Notes: generated by a model from the sequence alone, not told the origin. A stretch of 64,000 nt of DNA from Defluviitaleaceae bacterium (GCA_009779755.1 WRDO01000007.1:21165-85164); one strand, 5' to 3'; positions 38,355 through 46,769 are shown, counted from the first letter of the stretch. Numbers and translations: made by a program.

Positions 38355-40615
38355 AACCACGTTTGATGTTAACAGTGGATGTGGAAGCCCATCAAAAACG
38401 CGCCGCGGAAGACCACGTCGAACGCTTGATATACGGTAGACAAAATGGCGTTGAATGGGGTATCGGTAAAATGATGGACATCGCCGATGGCTTCAATGTA
38501 AAAATGGTTTTTTATTTGGACTTCGCGGAAGTGGCTGTATACGGCGAAGCGATTACGGAAGTAGGAAAATATATTGTGACCCGCGGACACGATTTGCAAT
38601 TACATGGCCATCCGGATGTATTGCCGACAGAATTTTGGAAAAACAGGGGGATTTCGCCGCAAACAAACGCGAACTTGTTCACTCCCGTACACGCGGATGC
38701 TTATATTTATTATTTGGTAAATGAACACCAAAAATGCGCACCCTACCACCCCACCGCATACCGGGGCGGAGCATTCCGAATCAACGCACCTTTATTAGAC
38801 GCGCTTCGAAAACATAAAATCCCCATTGACGCTTCTTACAATCTACACAGTGAAAACCGCCCATGCGACCTAGCGCCGAGCAAGCAGTTTTATTGGGAAA
38901 ACGGTGTTTTGGAAATCCCAATTGCTGTGATTAACGATACGAATGTGTTCCCCACACTGGCATCCTTGGATTTTAATTCCGCCCGATTTAACGACAGGCA
39001 CGATTATAAAGCCGATGTCAATGTCTATATGGATAATTACCGTCGTTTTTTTGATTCCTTTTTTAAGACGTTCGGAACGGATGCGATAGCGTCCGTCGTT
39101 ATGCATTCCTGGTCCTTTTTCCAACGGGCGGAAGATGAAACATATTCTGTAATAAACCCACTTGCGCCAAAAATGTTTGAAAATTTGCTTTTAGAATATT
39201 CAAAAAAATTCGATATAATAACTGTTTCGGATATTTCGCAACAAATAAATTCGCAAAAATTTTCAAATATTATTATACCAATGCCTCAGGGTGAAAACCT
39301 TAAAATGGAATGTCCCATATGCGGTTGGACAGGGAAGACATTTAACCCTTATAACGGAAGAAATAACGCCGAATGCCCCATATGTTATTCATTGGAAAGA
39401 CATCGGCATTTATGGTTGTACTATAATTATTCACAACTTTTGGAAATAGCCGTACCAAAAAAAGTGTTAATTTTCGCGCCTTCCGGTTCAATAATTTCGA
39501 AGCTAAGGAGATATAAAAACCTAGAATTGGTGACTGCCGATATAAATCCAAAACGAGCGGAACATCAGGTTGACGTACAAGCCATCCCGTTTGAAGATGA
39601 ATCCTTCGATTTCATTGAATGTTTTTTCGTACTACCCTATGTGGAGGATGACGTAAAAGCATTAAATGAATTGCATCGTGTGCTTAAAACCAACGGAAAA
39701 ATCGCACTTTATTTACCCATACGAGCTATATCGGAAGGGTCAATAGATTTATACGCCGTAGATACCCCATTCACGGAAACGGAAAGGAAAAACAACCCCG
39801 GTTTCCGCCATGTATACGGATCGGATGTATTAAATTGGCTGGCCCTCCCGGGTTTTAATGCACAAAGAATAGATAATATCGTTACATACTCCCCGGATGA
39901 ATTAAAGCGTTATGGTATAAACTCCTCTTCAAGTATTTTTATATTGGAAAAAATAAAAACCACAAAAAATACGGATAGAATAGCAGAAGCCTATCATGGT
40001 GCGATGGGTGAAAATTTATGCAGGGCTACCCGAGATAGGATACATTGGATATGTGAAAGAGCCATAGGAGAAAATATATTGGATGTAGGATGCAGTCAAG
40101 GAATAACCACCATTTTATTAGCACGTGAAGGCAAGCGTGTTGTCGGTGTGGACATATGCCAACAAGGTATTGATTATGCTCAACAATCATTGAAGAACGA
40201 AAATAAAACCACACGCGAATATATAAAATTTTTATGCACGGATTTCGTTTCTTATGCAAAAAAATGCAACAAAAAATTTGACAGCATCATAATGGGGGAG
40301 GTATTGGAACACCTTACAGAACCGGAACGTTTTATATCTAAGGCATACACTATTTTATGCGACGGCGGACGGCTGGTAGCTACAGTCCCTTTCGGAATAA
40401 ATAACTACCATGACCATAAACGCACGTATTACCTCACGGCGTTCTATAACCTTTTTATTGATAAATTCACTATAACCGAGATTAAATTCCTTGGTGATTG
40501 GATAGGTATTGTGGGAGTGAAAGTAAAAGCGGAAGGAATTAAATTGGACAGCGCTTTGTTTATGCAAGCGGAAGAGGCTTTTATGATACGCGAAAAGGAG
40601 TTACGCCGGATGTAA
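38351..40615 (+). CDS. CE4-like polysaccharide deacetylase + zinc-ribbon methyltransferase + class I methyltransferase fusion
   Basis: ATGA overlap. LTVDVEAH..GHDLQLHGHP deacetylase-like N-domain. CPICGW..CPICYSLERHRH (from 39311) plus an MTase paralogous to the preceding gene. ILDVGCSQG..GEVLEHL third domain. Confidence 0.6.
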   Translation: MKPRLMLTVDVEAHQKRAAEDHVERLIYGRQNGVEWGIGKMMDIADGFNVKMVFYLDFAEVAVYGEAITEVGKYIVTRGHDLQLHGHPDVLPTEFWKNRGISPQTNANLFTPVHADAYIYYLVNEHQKCAPYHPTAYRGGAFRINAPLLDALRKHKIPIDASYNLHSENRPCDLAPSKQFYWENGVLEIPIAVINDTNVFPTLASLDFNSARFNDRHDYKADVNVYMDNYRRFFDSFFKTFGTDAIASVVMHSWSFFQRAEDETYSVINPLAPKMFENLLLEYSKKFDIITVSDISQQINSQKFSNIIIPMPQGENLKMECPICGWTGKTFNPYNGRNNAECPICYSLERHRHLWLYYNYSQLLEIAVPKKVLIFAPSGSIISKLRRYKNLELVTADINPKRAEHQVDVQAIPFEDESFDFIECFFVLPYVEDDVKALNELHRVLKTNGKIALYLPIRAISEGSIDLYAVDTPFTETERKNNPGFRHVYGSDVLNWLALPGFNAQRIDNIVTYSPDELKRYGINSSSSIFILEKIKTTKNTDRIAEAYHGAMGENLCRATRDRIHWICERAIGENILDVGCSQGITTILLAREGKRVVGVDICQQGIDYAQQSLKNENKTTREYIKFLCTDFVSYAKKCNKKFDSIIMGEVLEHLTEPERFISKAYTILCDGGRLVATVPFGINNYHDHKRTYYLTAFYNLFIDKFTITEIKFLGDWIGIVGVKVKAEGIKLDSALFMQAEEAFMIREKELRRM

Positions 40616-40768
40616 AAACTGGTCTTAACAGCAAAGCAAATAAATATATCATAAACTATCCGAATGATCTTACGGATGCCGAATGGAAAAACAGGTTGCC
40701 AATATCCACGATACCAATAGCGGCGTACTTAAAGTTATAAAAAATAGGATGATCAGGAGTGTTAATTT

Positions 40769-41509
40769 ATGAAAATTATAGCCGTCATACCTGCAAGATA
40801 CGCTTCCAGCCGTTTTCCCGGTAAACCGCTTGCTGACATACATGGTAAACCCATGATTTGGTGGGTATACAACCAGATAAAAAAAGCAACCCGCTTAAAC
40901 AGTATAATCGTGGCAACCGATGATAAAAGGATATTGGCAACTTGCGAAGATTTAAATATAACTGTATGTATGACAAATATTAACCATAACACACCTACAT
41001 CAAGGACACATGAAGTATCGACCAGATACGAAGCTGATTTATATATAATGATTAATGGTGATGAACCTATGATAGATCCAAAAGTGATCGATCATATAAT
41101 TCCAAAAAGTTTACAAAAAAAACCTTATGTGGCAAGTGCGGCGACAACCATTTCAAACGCAACCGATGTAATTGACCCCACAAATTTAAAAGTTGTACTT
41201 TCGAATGATAATAAATTATTATATATTTCACGCGCACCCATTCCATACCCAAAGGGAACGAATGAATATACGTATAAAAAATTCGTTGGTATTCAAGCAT
41301 TAAATAAATCTGCGCTTGACTTTTATGTAAATAAACCCAAAAGTCCCCTTGAATGGATTGAAGAATCTGATTTATTGCGGTTTATTGAAAATGGAATTGA
41401 AGTAGACTTTATAAATGTTAACTATAACAACCTATCTATTGATACACCAAAGGATTTGGAAAAAATAAAAAAAATTATAAGAAAAGAGGAAGATCATGAA
41501 GGAATATAA
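40769..41509 (+). CDS. kdsB: 3-deoxy-manno-octulosonate cytidylyltransferase (CMP-Kdo synthetase)
   Basis: 246-aa ORF; MKIIAVIPARYASSRFPGKPLADIHGKPMIWWVY is a textbook KdsB N-terminus. Confidence 0.85.
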   Translation: MKIIAVIPARYASSRFPGKPLADIHGKPMIWWVYNQIKKATRLNSIIVATDDKRILATCEDLNITVCMTNINHNTPTSRTHEVSTRYEADLYIMINGDEPMIDPKVIDHIIPKSLQKKPYVASAATTISNATDVIDPTNLKVVLSNDNKLLYISRAPIPYPKGTNEYTYKKFVGIQALNKSALDFYVNKPKSPLEWIEESDLLRFIENGIEVDFINVNYNNLSIDTPKDLEKIKKIIRKEEDHEGI

Positions 41510-41660
41510 TTTAAAGATATTAGCAAACGTGATGAACAGCGCTATATTTTCAGATATCCTCGATGATTATAATGTGGATTATCTAATAAGAAGCCTTAAA
41601 CCGAACATTTTTAATTCAAAAATATTTGGGCGTGCAAACATTTTGAAACTACGCGCATGA
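41496..41660 (+). pseudogene. truncated RraA-like (aldolase/regulator family) gene fragment
   Basis: 54-codon ORF overlapping the kdsB end; NSAIFSDILDDYNVD..KIFGRANILKL resembles the first third of RraA-family proteins, then stops; followed by about 230 nt of non-coding filler of different composition. Confidence 0.3.
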
Positions 41661-41887
41661 CCCGTTTACAGGAAACCTCCGAAACCACCATATCCATGAT
41701 ATTCCTGTGCATGAACATCAAGCGCCGGCTGAGGGAACTTTTTTTTACATTTGGGTTTGGGCGTTATTCGGTAGTATGTTTGTGGATAATTCAATAAATA
41801 AGGCGTTCATTGCCAAAAATATGGTTTGTTCGTAAACCCTAATTTAATAATATCTTATTGGTATTTTTCGCAGAAAGGTATGATTTT

Positions 41888-42577
41888 ATGAAAGTGGTAA
41901 TATTAGGAAAGGCTAGTTCCGTCAGAATTAAAAATAAAAATTATCGACCATTCTATAATGGTGAATCATTAATGGACATACACATTAAAAAATTGATCAA
42001 TGTATTACAACCTGATGATATATACCTTTCATGCGAGGATGAAACGTTCCGGAGCGTTGCTCAAAATTGGAAAATTAATTTCATCCTCCGTGATGAAAGG
42101 TATACAAGATTGACAACCAGCAACGTCGATGTCGTGCATTATGTGTGTAAGGATGTCCCGGGCAACGGGGATATATTATGGACAACTCCTGTGGAGCCGT
42201 TGTTCGATGAATATACAAACGTTTTAGAATGTTGGGAAAGGATAGATAAAACCAAACATGATTCGCTTAACGTTGTATATCCTCAAAAAAGGTTTATTTT
42301 GGATCAAAATTATAATCCAATTGGTTTCGGCTTCGGTCATTGGCACAAATATTCACAAGATATACCACCCATATACCAAGTGAGTTGGTCAACGGCTATT
42401 TTAAGCAGGGCTTGTATAGAAAAGGTCAGTTATATGATTGGTGCGCGTCCCTTTTGGTACGATTGTTATTCAACCGTAGTAGATATCGATACGGAGGATG
42501 ATTGGGAGATTGCACAATTACTCTATTCTAAAAAAATCAAGGAAGGTTACACGAATGGAAATCATAGAAATTTATAA
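41888..42577 (+). CDS. acylneuraminate (NeuA-like) cytidylyltransferase family protein
   Basis: Start moved to ATG 41888; MKVVILGKASSVRIKNKNYRPFYNGESLMD resembles the CMP-sugar synthetase N-terminus (..R.p.KN...l.G..L..); divergent. Confidence 0.5.
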   Translation: MKVVILGKASSVRIKNKNYRPFYNGESLMDIHIKKLINVLQPDDIYLSCEDETFRSVAQNWKINFILRDERYTRLTTSNVDVVHYVCKDVPGNGDILWTTPVEPLFDEYTNVLECWERIDKTKHDSLNVVYPQKRFILDQNYNPIGFGFGHWHKYSQDIPPIYQVSWSTAILSRACIEKVSYMIGARPFWYDCYSTVVDIDTEDDWEIAQLLYSKKIKEGYTNGNHRNL

Positions 42578-43019
42578 AGATCTTCTACGCCAAGCCCATG
42601 TAATAATCCCAAAAAAAGCGGAAATAAAACTATATCACCATTATGGCGCTGAAAACGTCCGTGAAACAGGTGCGTTATTCATAACGGTCGTCCAACATGA
42701 TTATTGTAAATATATCGTATGTATGACTCCCGGGCAAACATACCCAATGCATTATCACCGAATCAAGGACGAATCATTTTATGTTTTACACGGCGATTTA
42801 TCCGTTGTGCTTGAAGATGAATTTCATTTAATAACACCGGGTGAAATTCTTAACGTACCCCGTCGATTTACGCACGGCTTTTCAACCAAAACCGGATGCG
42901 TATTTGAGGAACTTTCGACAGCCTATTTATTAAACGATTCGGTTTATCAGGATAAATATATAAGAAACATATCCGGTAGCGATAAAATGACTTATATATC
43001 CATTCATGAAAATAAATAA
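42555..43019 (+). CDS. cupin-fold sugar isomerase (D-lyxose/D-mannose isomerase-like)
   Basis: Start moved to ATG 42555; exact cupin motif 1 GQTYPMHYHRIKDESFYVLHG (G-x5-HxH-x4-E-x6-G) and motif 2-like GEILNVPRRFTH. Confidence 0.55.
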   Translation: MEIIEIYKDLLRQAHVIIPKKAEIKLYHHYGAENVRETGALFITVVQHDYCKYIVCMTPGQTYPMHYHRIKDESFYVLHGDLSVVLEDEFHLITPGEILNVPRRFTHGFSTKTGCVFEELSTAYLLNDSVYQDKYIRNISGSDKMTYISIHENK

Positions 43020-43039
43020 ATATAAAAGGATGTAGGAAA

Positions 43040-43867
43040 ATGACAAACGTTAAATCTTTTCATATTGATGATTGTTTTGAAATCGGGAATGGGGTTTTAA
43101 CACTTATCGGCGGCCCGTGTTCCATCGAAAGTGAAGACATGTGCCTTAAAGTTGCTGCAACGGTATTGGATATTTGCAAGGAACTGGGTATAAATTACAT
43201 CTTTAAATCATCCTTTGACAAAGCCAACCGGTCATCATTAAACGCGAGCCGGGCTTTGGGTATGGAAAAGGGATTAAAAATATTAAGTAAAATAAAAAAG
43301 GAATTATCGGTTCCAATTACAACCGATGTGCACGAAGTTTGGCAATGTGCTGAAGTCGGCGAAGTGGTTGATATCATACAAATACCCGCATACTTGTGTC
43401 GGCAAACAGATTTATTAATAGCCTCGGCAAAAACGGGTAAGGCCGTAAGCGTAAAAAAAGGCCAATTTATGGCACCGCAAAACATGGACAACGCAATTAA
43501 AAAAATCACATCGGTAGGCAACCACAAGTGCATCTTAATGGAACGCGGAACATCATTTGGTTATAATAAGTTGGTGGTAGACATGCCGGGCTTGCAAATT
43601 ATGCGTGAATTCGGTTACCCCGTATTTATCGATGCCACACATTCAGTCCAAGAACCCGGCGGAAACGCAACATACACAAAGGGAAATCGTGATTTTGCAA
43701 AGCTGATTATGTATTCGGCATTAGCCGCTGGGGTTGATGGCGTTTTTGCGGAAATCCACCCCGACCCGGATAATGCCGCCTCAGATGTTGGGAGCCAATT
43801 AAAATTATCGGAAGTACGCGAAATATTAAAAAAAGCGGTGTTAATAAACGATATTGCATGGCAGTAA
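43040..43867 (+). CDS. kdsA: 3-deoxy-8-phosphooctulonate (Kdo8P) synthase
   Basis: 275-aa ORF; FKSSFDKANRSS, QIPAYLCRQTDLL, VVDMPGLQIM, IDATHSVQ and FAEIHPDPDNA are collinear with E. coli KdsA; GGPCSIES carries the Cys of the metal-dependent class. Confidence 0.9.
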   Translation: MTNVKSFHIDDCFEIGNGVLTLIGGPCSIESEDMCLKVAATVLDICKELGINYIFKSSFDKANRSSLNASRALGMEKGLKILSKIKKELSVPITTDVHEVWQCAEVGEVVDIIQIPAYLCRQTDLLIASAKTGKAVSVKKGQFMAPQNMDNAIKKITSVGNHKCILMERGTSFGYNKLVVDMPGLQIMREFGYPVFIDATHSVQEPGGNATYTKGNRDFAKLIMYSALAAGVDGVFAEIHPDPDNAASDVGSQLKLSEVREILKKAVLINDIAWQ

Positions 43868-43885
43868 CAGAACGGGAGAGATATT

Positions 43886-44386
43886 GTGATTGATCATATT
43901 GTTTTGGATGTTGACGGCACACTTACCGACGGTAAGATTATTATTTCTAACCATGGAGAAGAAATTAAAAATTTTCACGTAAGGGATGGTCAAATAATTA
44001 TTGCATTACCGAAATTAGGATACCATCTTTTAATAATAACAGGACGAACCTCTAAGATTACTGAAATAAGGGCAAATGAATTGAAAATAAATACCGTCCT
44101 GCAAGGAGTACAGAACAAAGAAAAAACGTTGAATGATTACTTTAAAATGAACTACATAACAGGTGATAGATTTGCTTATATCGGCGACGATTTGAATGAT
44201 TATTCAGCCATGAAGTTGTGCGCTTTTAAAGCCTGCCCGGCAGATGCTGTAACCGAAATCCGCGGGCTTTGCGATTACGTTTCCGTAAGGAAGGGAGGTC
44301 AAGGTGCAGTAAGGGAAATATGTGAATATTTATTACAAAAGCAGAATCAATATGAATCATTCTTGCAATTATTTAGAGCGTGCTGA
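43886..44386 (+). CDS. kdsC: Kdo8P phosphatase (HAD IIIA, KdsC family)
   Basis: GTG start; LDVDGTLTDG motif I, ITGR, GDDLNDYSAM motif III; KdsC-like length (166 aa). Confidence 0.85.
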   Translation: MIDHIVLDVDGTLTDGKIIISNHGEEIKNFHVRDGQIIIALPKLGYHLLIITGRTSKITEIRANELKINTVLQGVQNKEKTLNDYFKMNYITGDRFAYIGDDLNDYSAMKLCAFKACPADAVTEIRGLCDYVSVRKGGQGAVREICEYLLQKQNQYESFLQLFRAC

Positions 44387-44520
44387 ACACCCCAGCAAAA
44401 CCAACAAAATCAAGCAAAAACGCCAACAAATATTATAATATGGTGGACATCGCCGACCCCGTAGCGATACGGGCAATTTTTAACGGATATAAAACAGTAA
44501 TACAATAAAGGAGCAAAACA

Positions 44521-45747
44521 ATGTTAAACATCATCGGCTTAGGTTACATCGGCCTTCCTACGGCATTAATCATGGCAAGCAACGATATTCCTGTCATCGG
44601 CGTGGATAAGAATCCTTCGGTGGTTGAATCCCTTAACCGCGGCGAGGTTACTTTCGAAGAAGACGGACTTCCTGCGTTGTTTAAAAAGGCAGTGCAAGCG
44701 AACATCGTTTTCCGAACAACCCCCACCCCATCCGATATGTACATCATCGCTGTGCCTACGCCTTTTAATAAATCTACCAAGCGCATAAACCCAAGCTATG
44801 TTATCACAGCCATACGCGAGGTGTTGGCCGTGTGTAACGATAACGCCGTCATCGTAATCGAGTCCACCGTTGCCCCGGGCACCATTGACAAATTTATACG
44901 ACCGGTGGTCACCGGTGCCAACGTCCGCATCGCCCACGCACCCGAGCGGATTATCCCCGGCGATATGGTGAGGGAGCTTGTAAACAACGCCCGCATTATC
45001 GGCGCGGACGATGAAGAAACGGCACAAGAGGTAAAAAAACTATACACCGCTTTTTGTAAAGCGGAAATCGTAACCACGGATATACGATCGGCGGAGATGT
45101 CGAAGGTGGTGGAGAACACCTTCCGCGATATTAATATTGCTTTCGCCAATGAGTTGGCGAAGATTTGCCGCGCCGGCAATATGGATGTATATGAAATTAT
45201 CCGCATCGCCAACATGCACCCCCGCGTTAATATCCTGCGCCCCGGGCCGGGCGTGGGCGGGCATTGTATATCCGTTGACCCGTGGTTTTTGGTGGGGGAT
45301 TTCCCGCAGTTGTCCTTGCTTATCCACGAGGCGCGTAAGATAAACGATTCCATGCCGGTTTTTGTACTGGAGCGTATACAGGAAATCATGAAAGATGAAA
45401 ATATTATTGATATTTCCCGTATCGGTTTTTATGGGCTTACGTACAAAGAGGATGTGGATGATACGCGGGAAAGCCCGACGTTACAATTGTTTGATATCAT
45501 TACCAAATCACTGGGGCAAACACCGAAATGCTACGACCCCATGGTAAAGGAAATGATGTTTGACGCGCAATACAACGATTTTGGCGCTTTTATCCGCGAC
45601 ATTGATTTTATCGTGATCATGGTCGGGCATTCGCATTTAAAGGATAACATGGAGAAACTAAACGACAAGACCGTATTTGACACACGTTACTGCATAACCC
45701 CAAGCGATGCTGATTATCCGGTGGGTACAAAGCATTATTATTTATAA
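44521..45747 (+). CDS. wecC: UDP-N-acetyl-D-mannosamine dehydrogenase-like nucleotide-sugar dehydrogenase
   Basis: 408-aa ORF; IIGLGYIGLPTALIMA..VIGVDKN..LNRGE close to E. coli WecC as remembered; catalytic-Cys context GGHCISVDPWF; composition returns to GC-rich. Confidence 0.8.
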   Translation: MLNIIGLGYIGLPTALIMASNDIPVIGVDKNPSVVESLNRGEVTFEEDGLPALFKKAVQANIVFRTTPTPSDMYIIAVPTPFNKSTKRINPSYVITAIREVLAVCNDNAVIVIESTVAPGTIDKFIRPVVTGANVRIAHAPERIIPGDMVRELVNNARIIGADDEETAQEVKKLYTAFCKAEIVTTDIRSAEMSKVVENTFRDINIAFANELAKICRAGNMDVYEIIRIANMHPRVNILRPGPGVGGHCISVDPWFLVGDFPQLSLLIHEARKINDSMPVFVLERIQEIMKDENIIDISRIGFYGLTYKEDVDDTRESPTLQLFDIITKSLGQTPKCYDPMVKEMMFDAQYNDFGAFIRDIDFIVIMVGHSHLKDNMEKLNDKTVFDTRYCITPSDADYPVGTKHYYL

Positions 45748-45965
45748 ACGTAATTCTTATTGCGCTATTTTCAAATCAACAAGCAATGATTCATGTAGTG
45801 CTTGTGATATATTGATGCCTTTTGCATGTTCAATCCAGTACGACATATTCAACCTATCTTCCCGAAAAGTTTAACGAGGCGGTTTAAAGCCAAAGGAGCG
45901 AACAAGGTAGCTTGTTTGTCGGTTACCTCACCGAGGACGCAACATTTGTCTTACCGTTTTACTTT

Positions 45966-46382
45966 TTACAAACCCTCCATAAATATCGAAGCGGTTGTTA
46001 TTAATGGGCGGTCAATTTCTACGGTTAACAAATCATTATCGCCGGTGATTAGGATATCGACATCTGCAGAAATCGCAGAATATAATATAGGTGCGTCTTT
46101 TATGTCGCGGATTGTGAACAAATAATCATTGGGTAATGGGAATGGTGTGTATTCAAGTTCAAATGGAAGTTTTTGTAAAAATGCAGAAACGTTTGCCATT
46201 TTGCTTGAAAACTTCTTTTCGACCACACGCTCAAACTCATCAATAATATAAGTTGATAAAACTAATTTGTGCCGTAAGCAAATATGTGAAAACAAATCAG
46301 TCAGAATTCGGCTTTTAAATACAGCAATGGATACTAAGATGTTTGTATCAACCATTATCCGCATTACAAGCCTCCCAAACAT
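45966..46382 (-). CDS. PIN-domain toxin
   Basis: 138-aa ORF; MVDTNILVS and ILITGDNDLL acidic motifs; start uncertain (46382, 46364 or 46355); overlaps the antitoxin gene end. Confidence 0.75.
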   Translation of the reverse strand: MFGRLVMRIMVDTNILVSIAVFKSRILTDLFSHICLRHKLVLSTYIIDEFERVVEKKFSSKMANVSAFLQKLPFELEYTPFPLPNDYLFTIRDIKDAPILYSAISADVDILITGDNDLLTVEIDRPLITTASIFMEGL

Positions 46383-46623
46383 TTTGCCTAATTTCTTTTA
46401 CCAATGCCACAACATCGGCTTCTGATTTAAGGTCAAGTTTTTCAGCTTCACCTTCAAATGCGGTTTGAAGTTCATTTATTGCAATAGTAACGGGATTAAC
46501 GATTGTATACACCCCTTCGCGCTCTATAAACGCAATTTTTCCACCTTTTTGTAAATTTAATTTTCGCATAATATTTATAGGAAGTGTAAGTTGACCTTGA
46601 TTTGATATTTTTGCAAGCTCCAT
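46348..46623 (-). CDS. AbrB/SpoVT-family antitoxin
   Basis: Start moved to ATG 46623; MELAKISNQGQLTLPINIMRKLNLQKGGKIAF swapped-hairpin motif. Confidence 0.7.
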   Translation of the reverse strand: MELAKISNQGQLTLPINIMRKLNLQKGGKIAFIEREGVYTIVNPVTIAINELQTAFEGEAEKLDLKSEADVVALVKEIRQNVWEACNADNG

Positions 46624-46769
46624 TATAATACCCCTATCTGTTTTATATTCGACTTGCACCGGTAGATAACAATAAAAAATATATATCATACCCCTTCAAG
46701 GTGAGTATAGCAAAAGAAGGGATGATAAACAATATCGAACGCGTACAAATAGGAGAAACAACAAATAAA

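Noticed and set aside
40654-40740. Reading frame NYPNDLTDAEWKNRLPISTIPIAAYLKL, reminiscent of the LTDxEW N-terminus of IS5-family transposases, at the junction before kdsB
   Set aside because: Only a motif of about 7 residues matches. There is no start codon, DDE domain or inverted repeats. It is too short to call, even as a remnant.
45748-45965. Unannotated 218-nt gap after wecC with short minus-strand ORFs (for example a 29-codon MSYWIEHAKG..)
   Set aside because: No RBS, no family resemblance and no repeats. It is probably just the convergent 3' region of wecC and the PIN gene.
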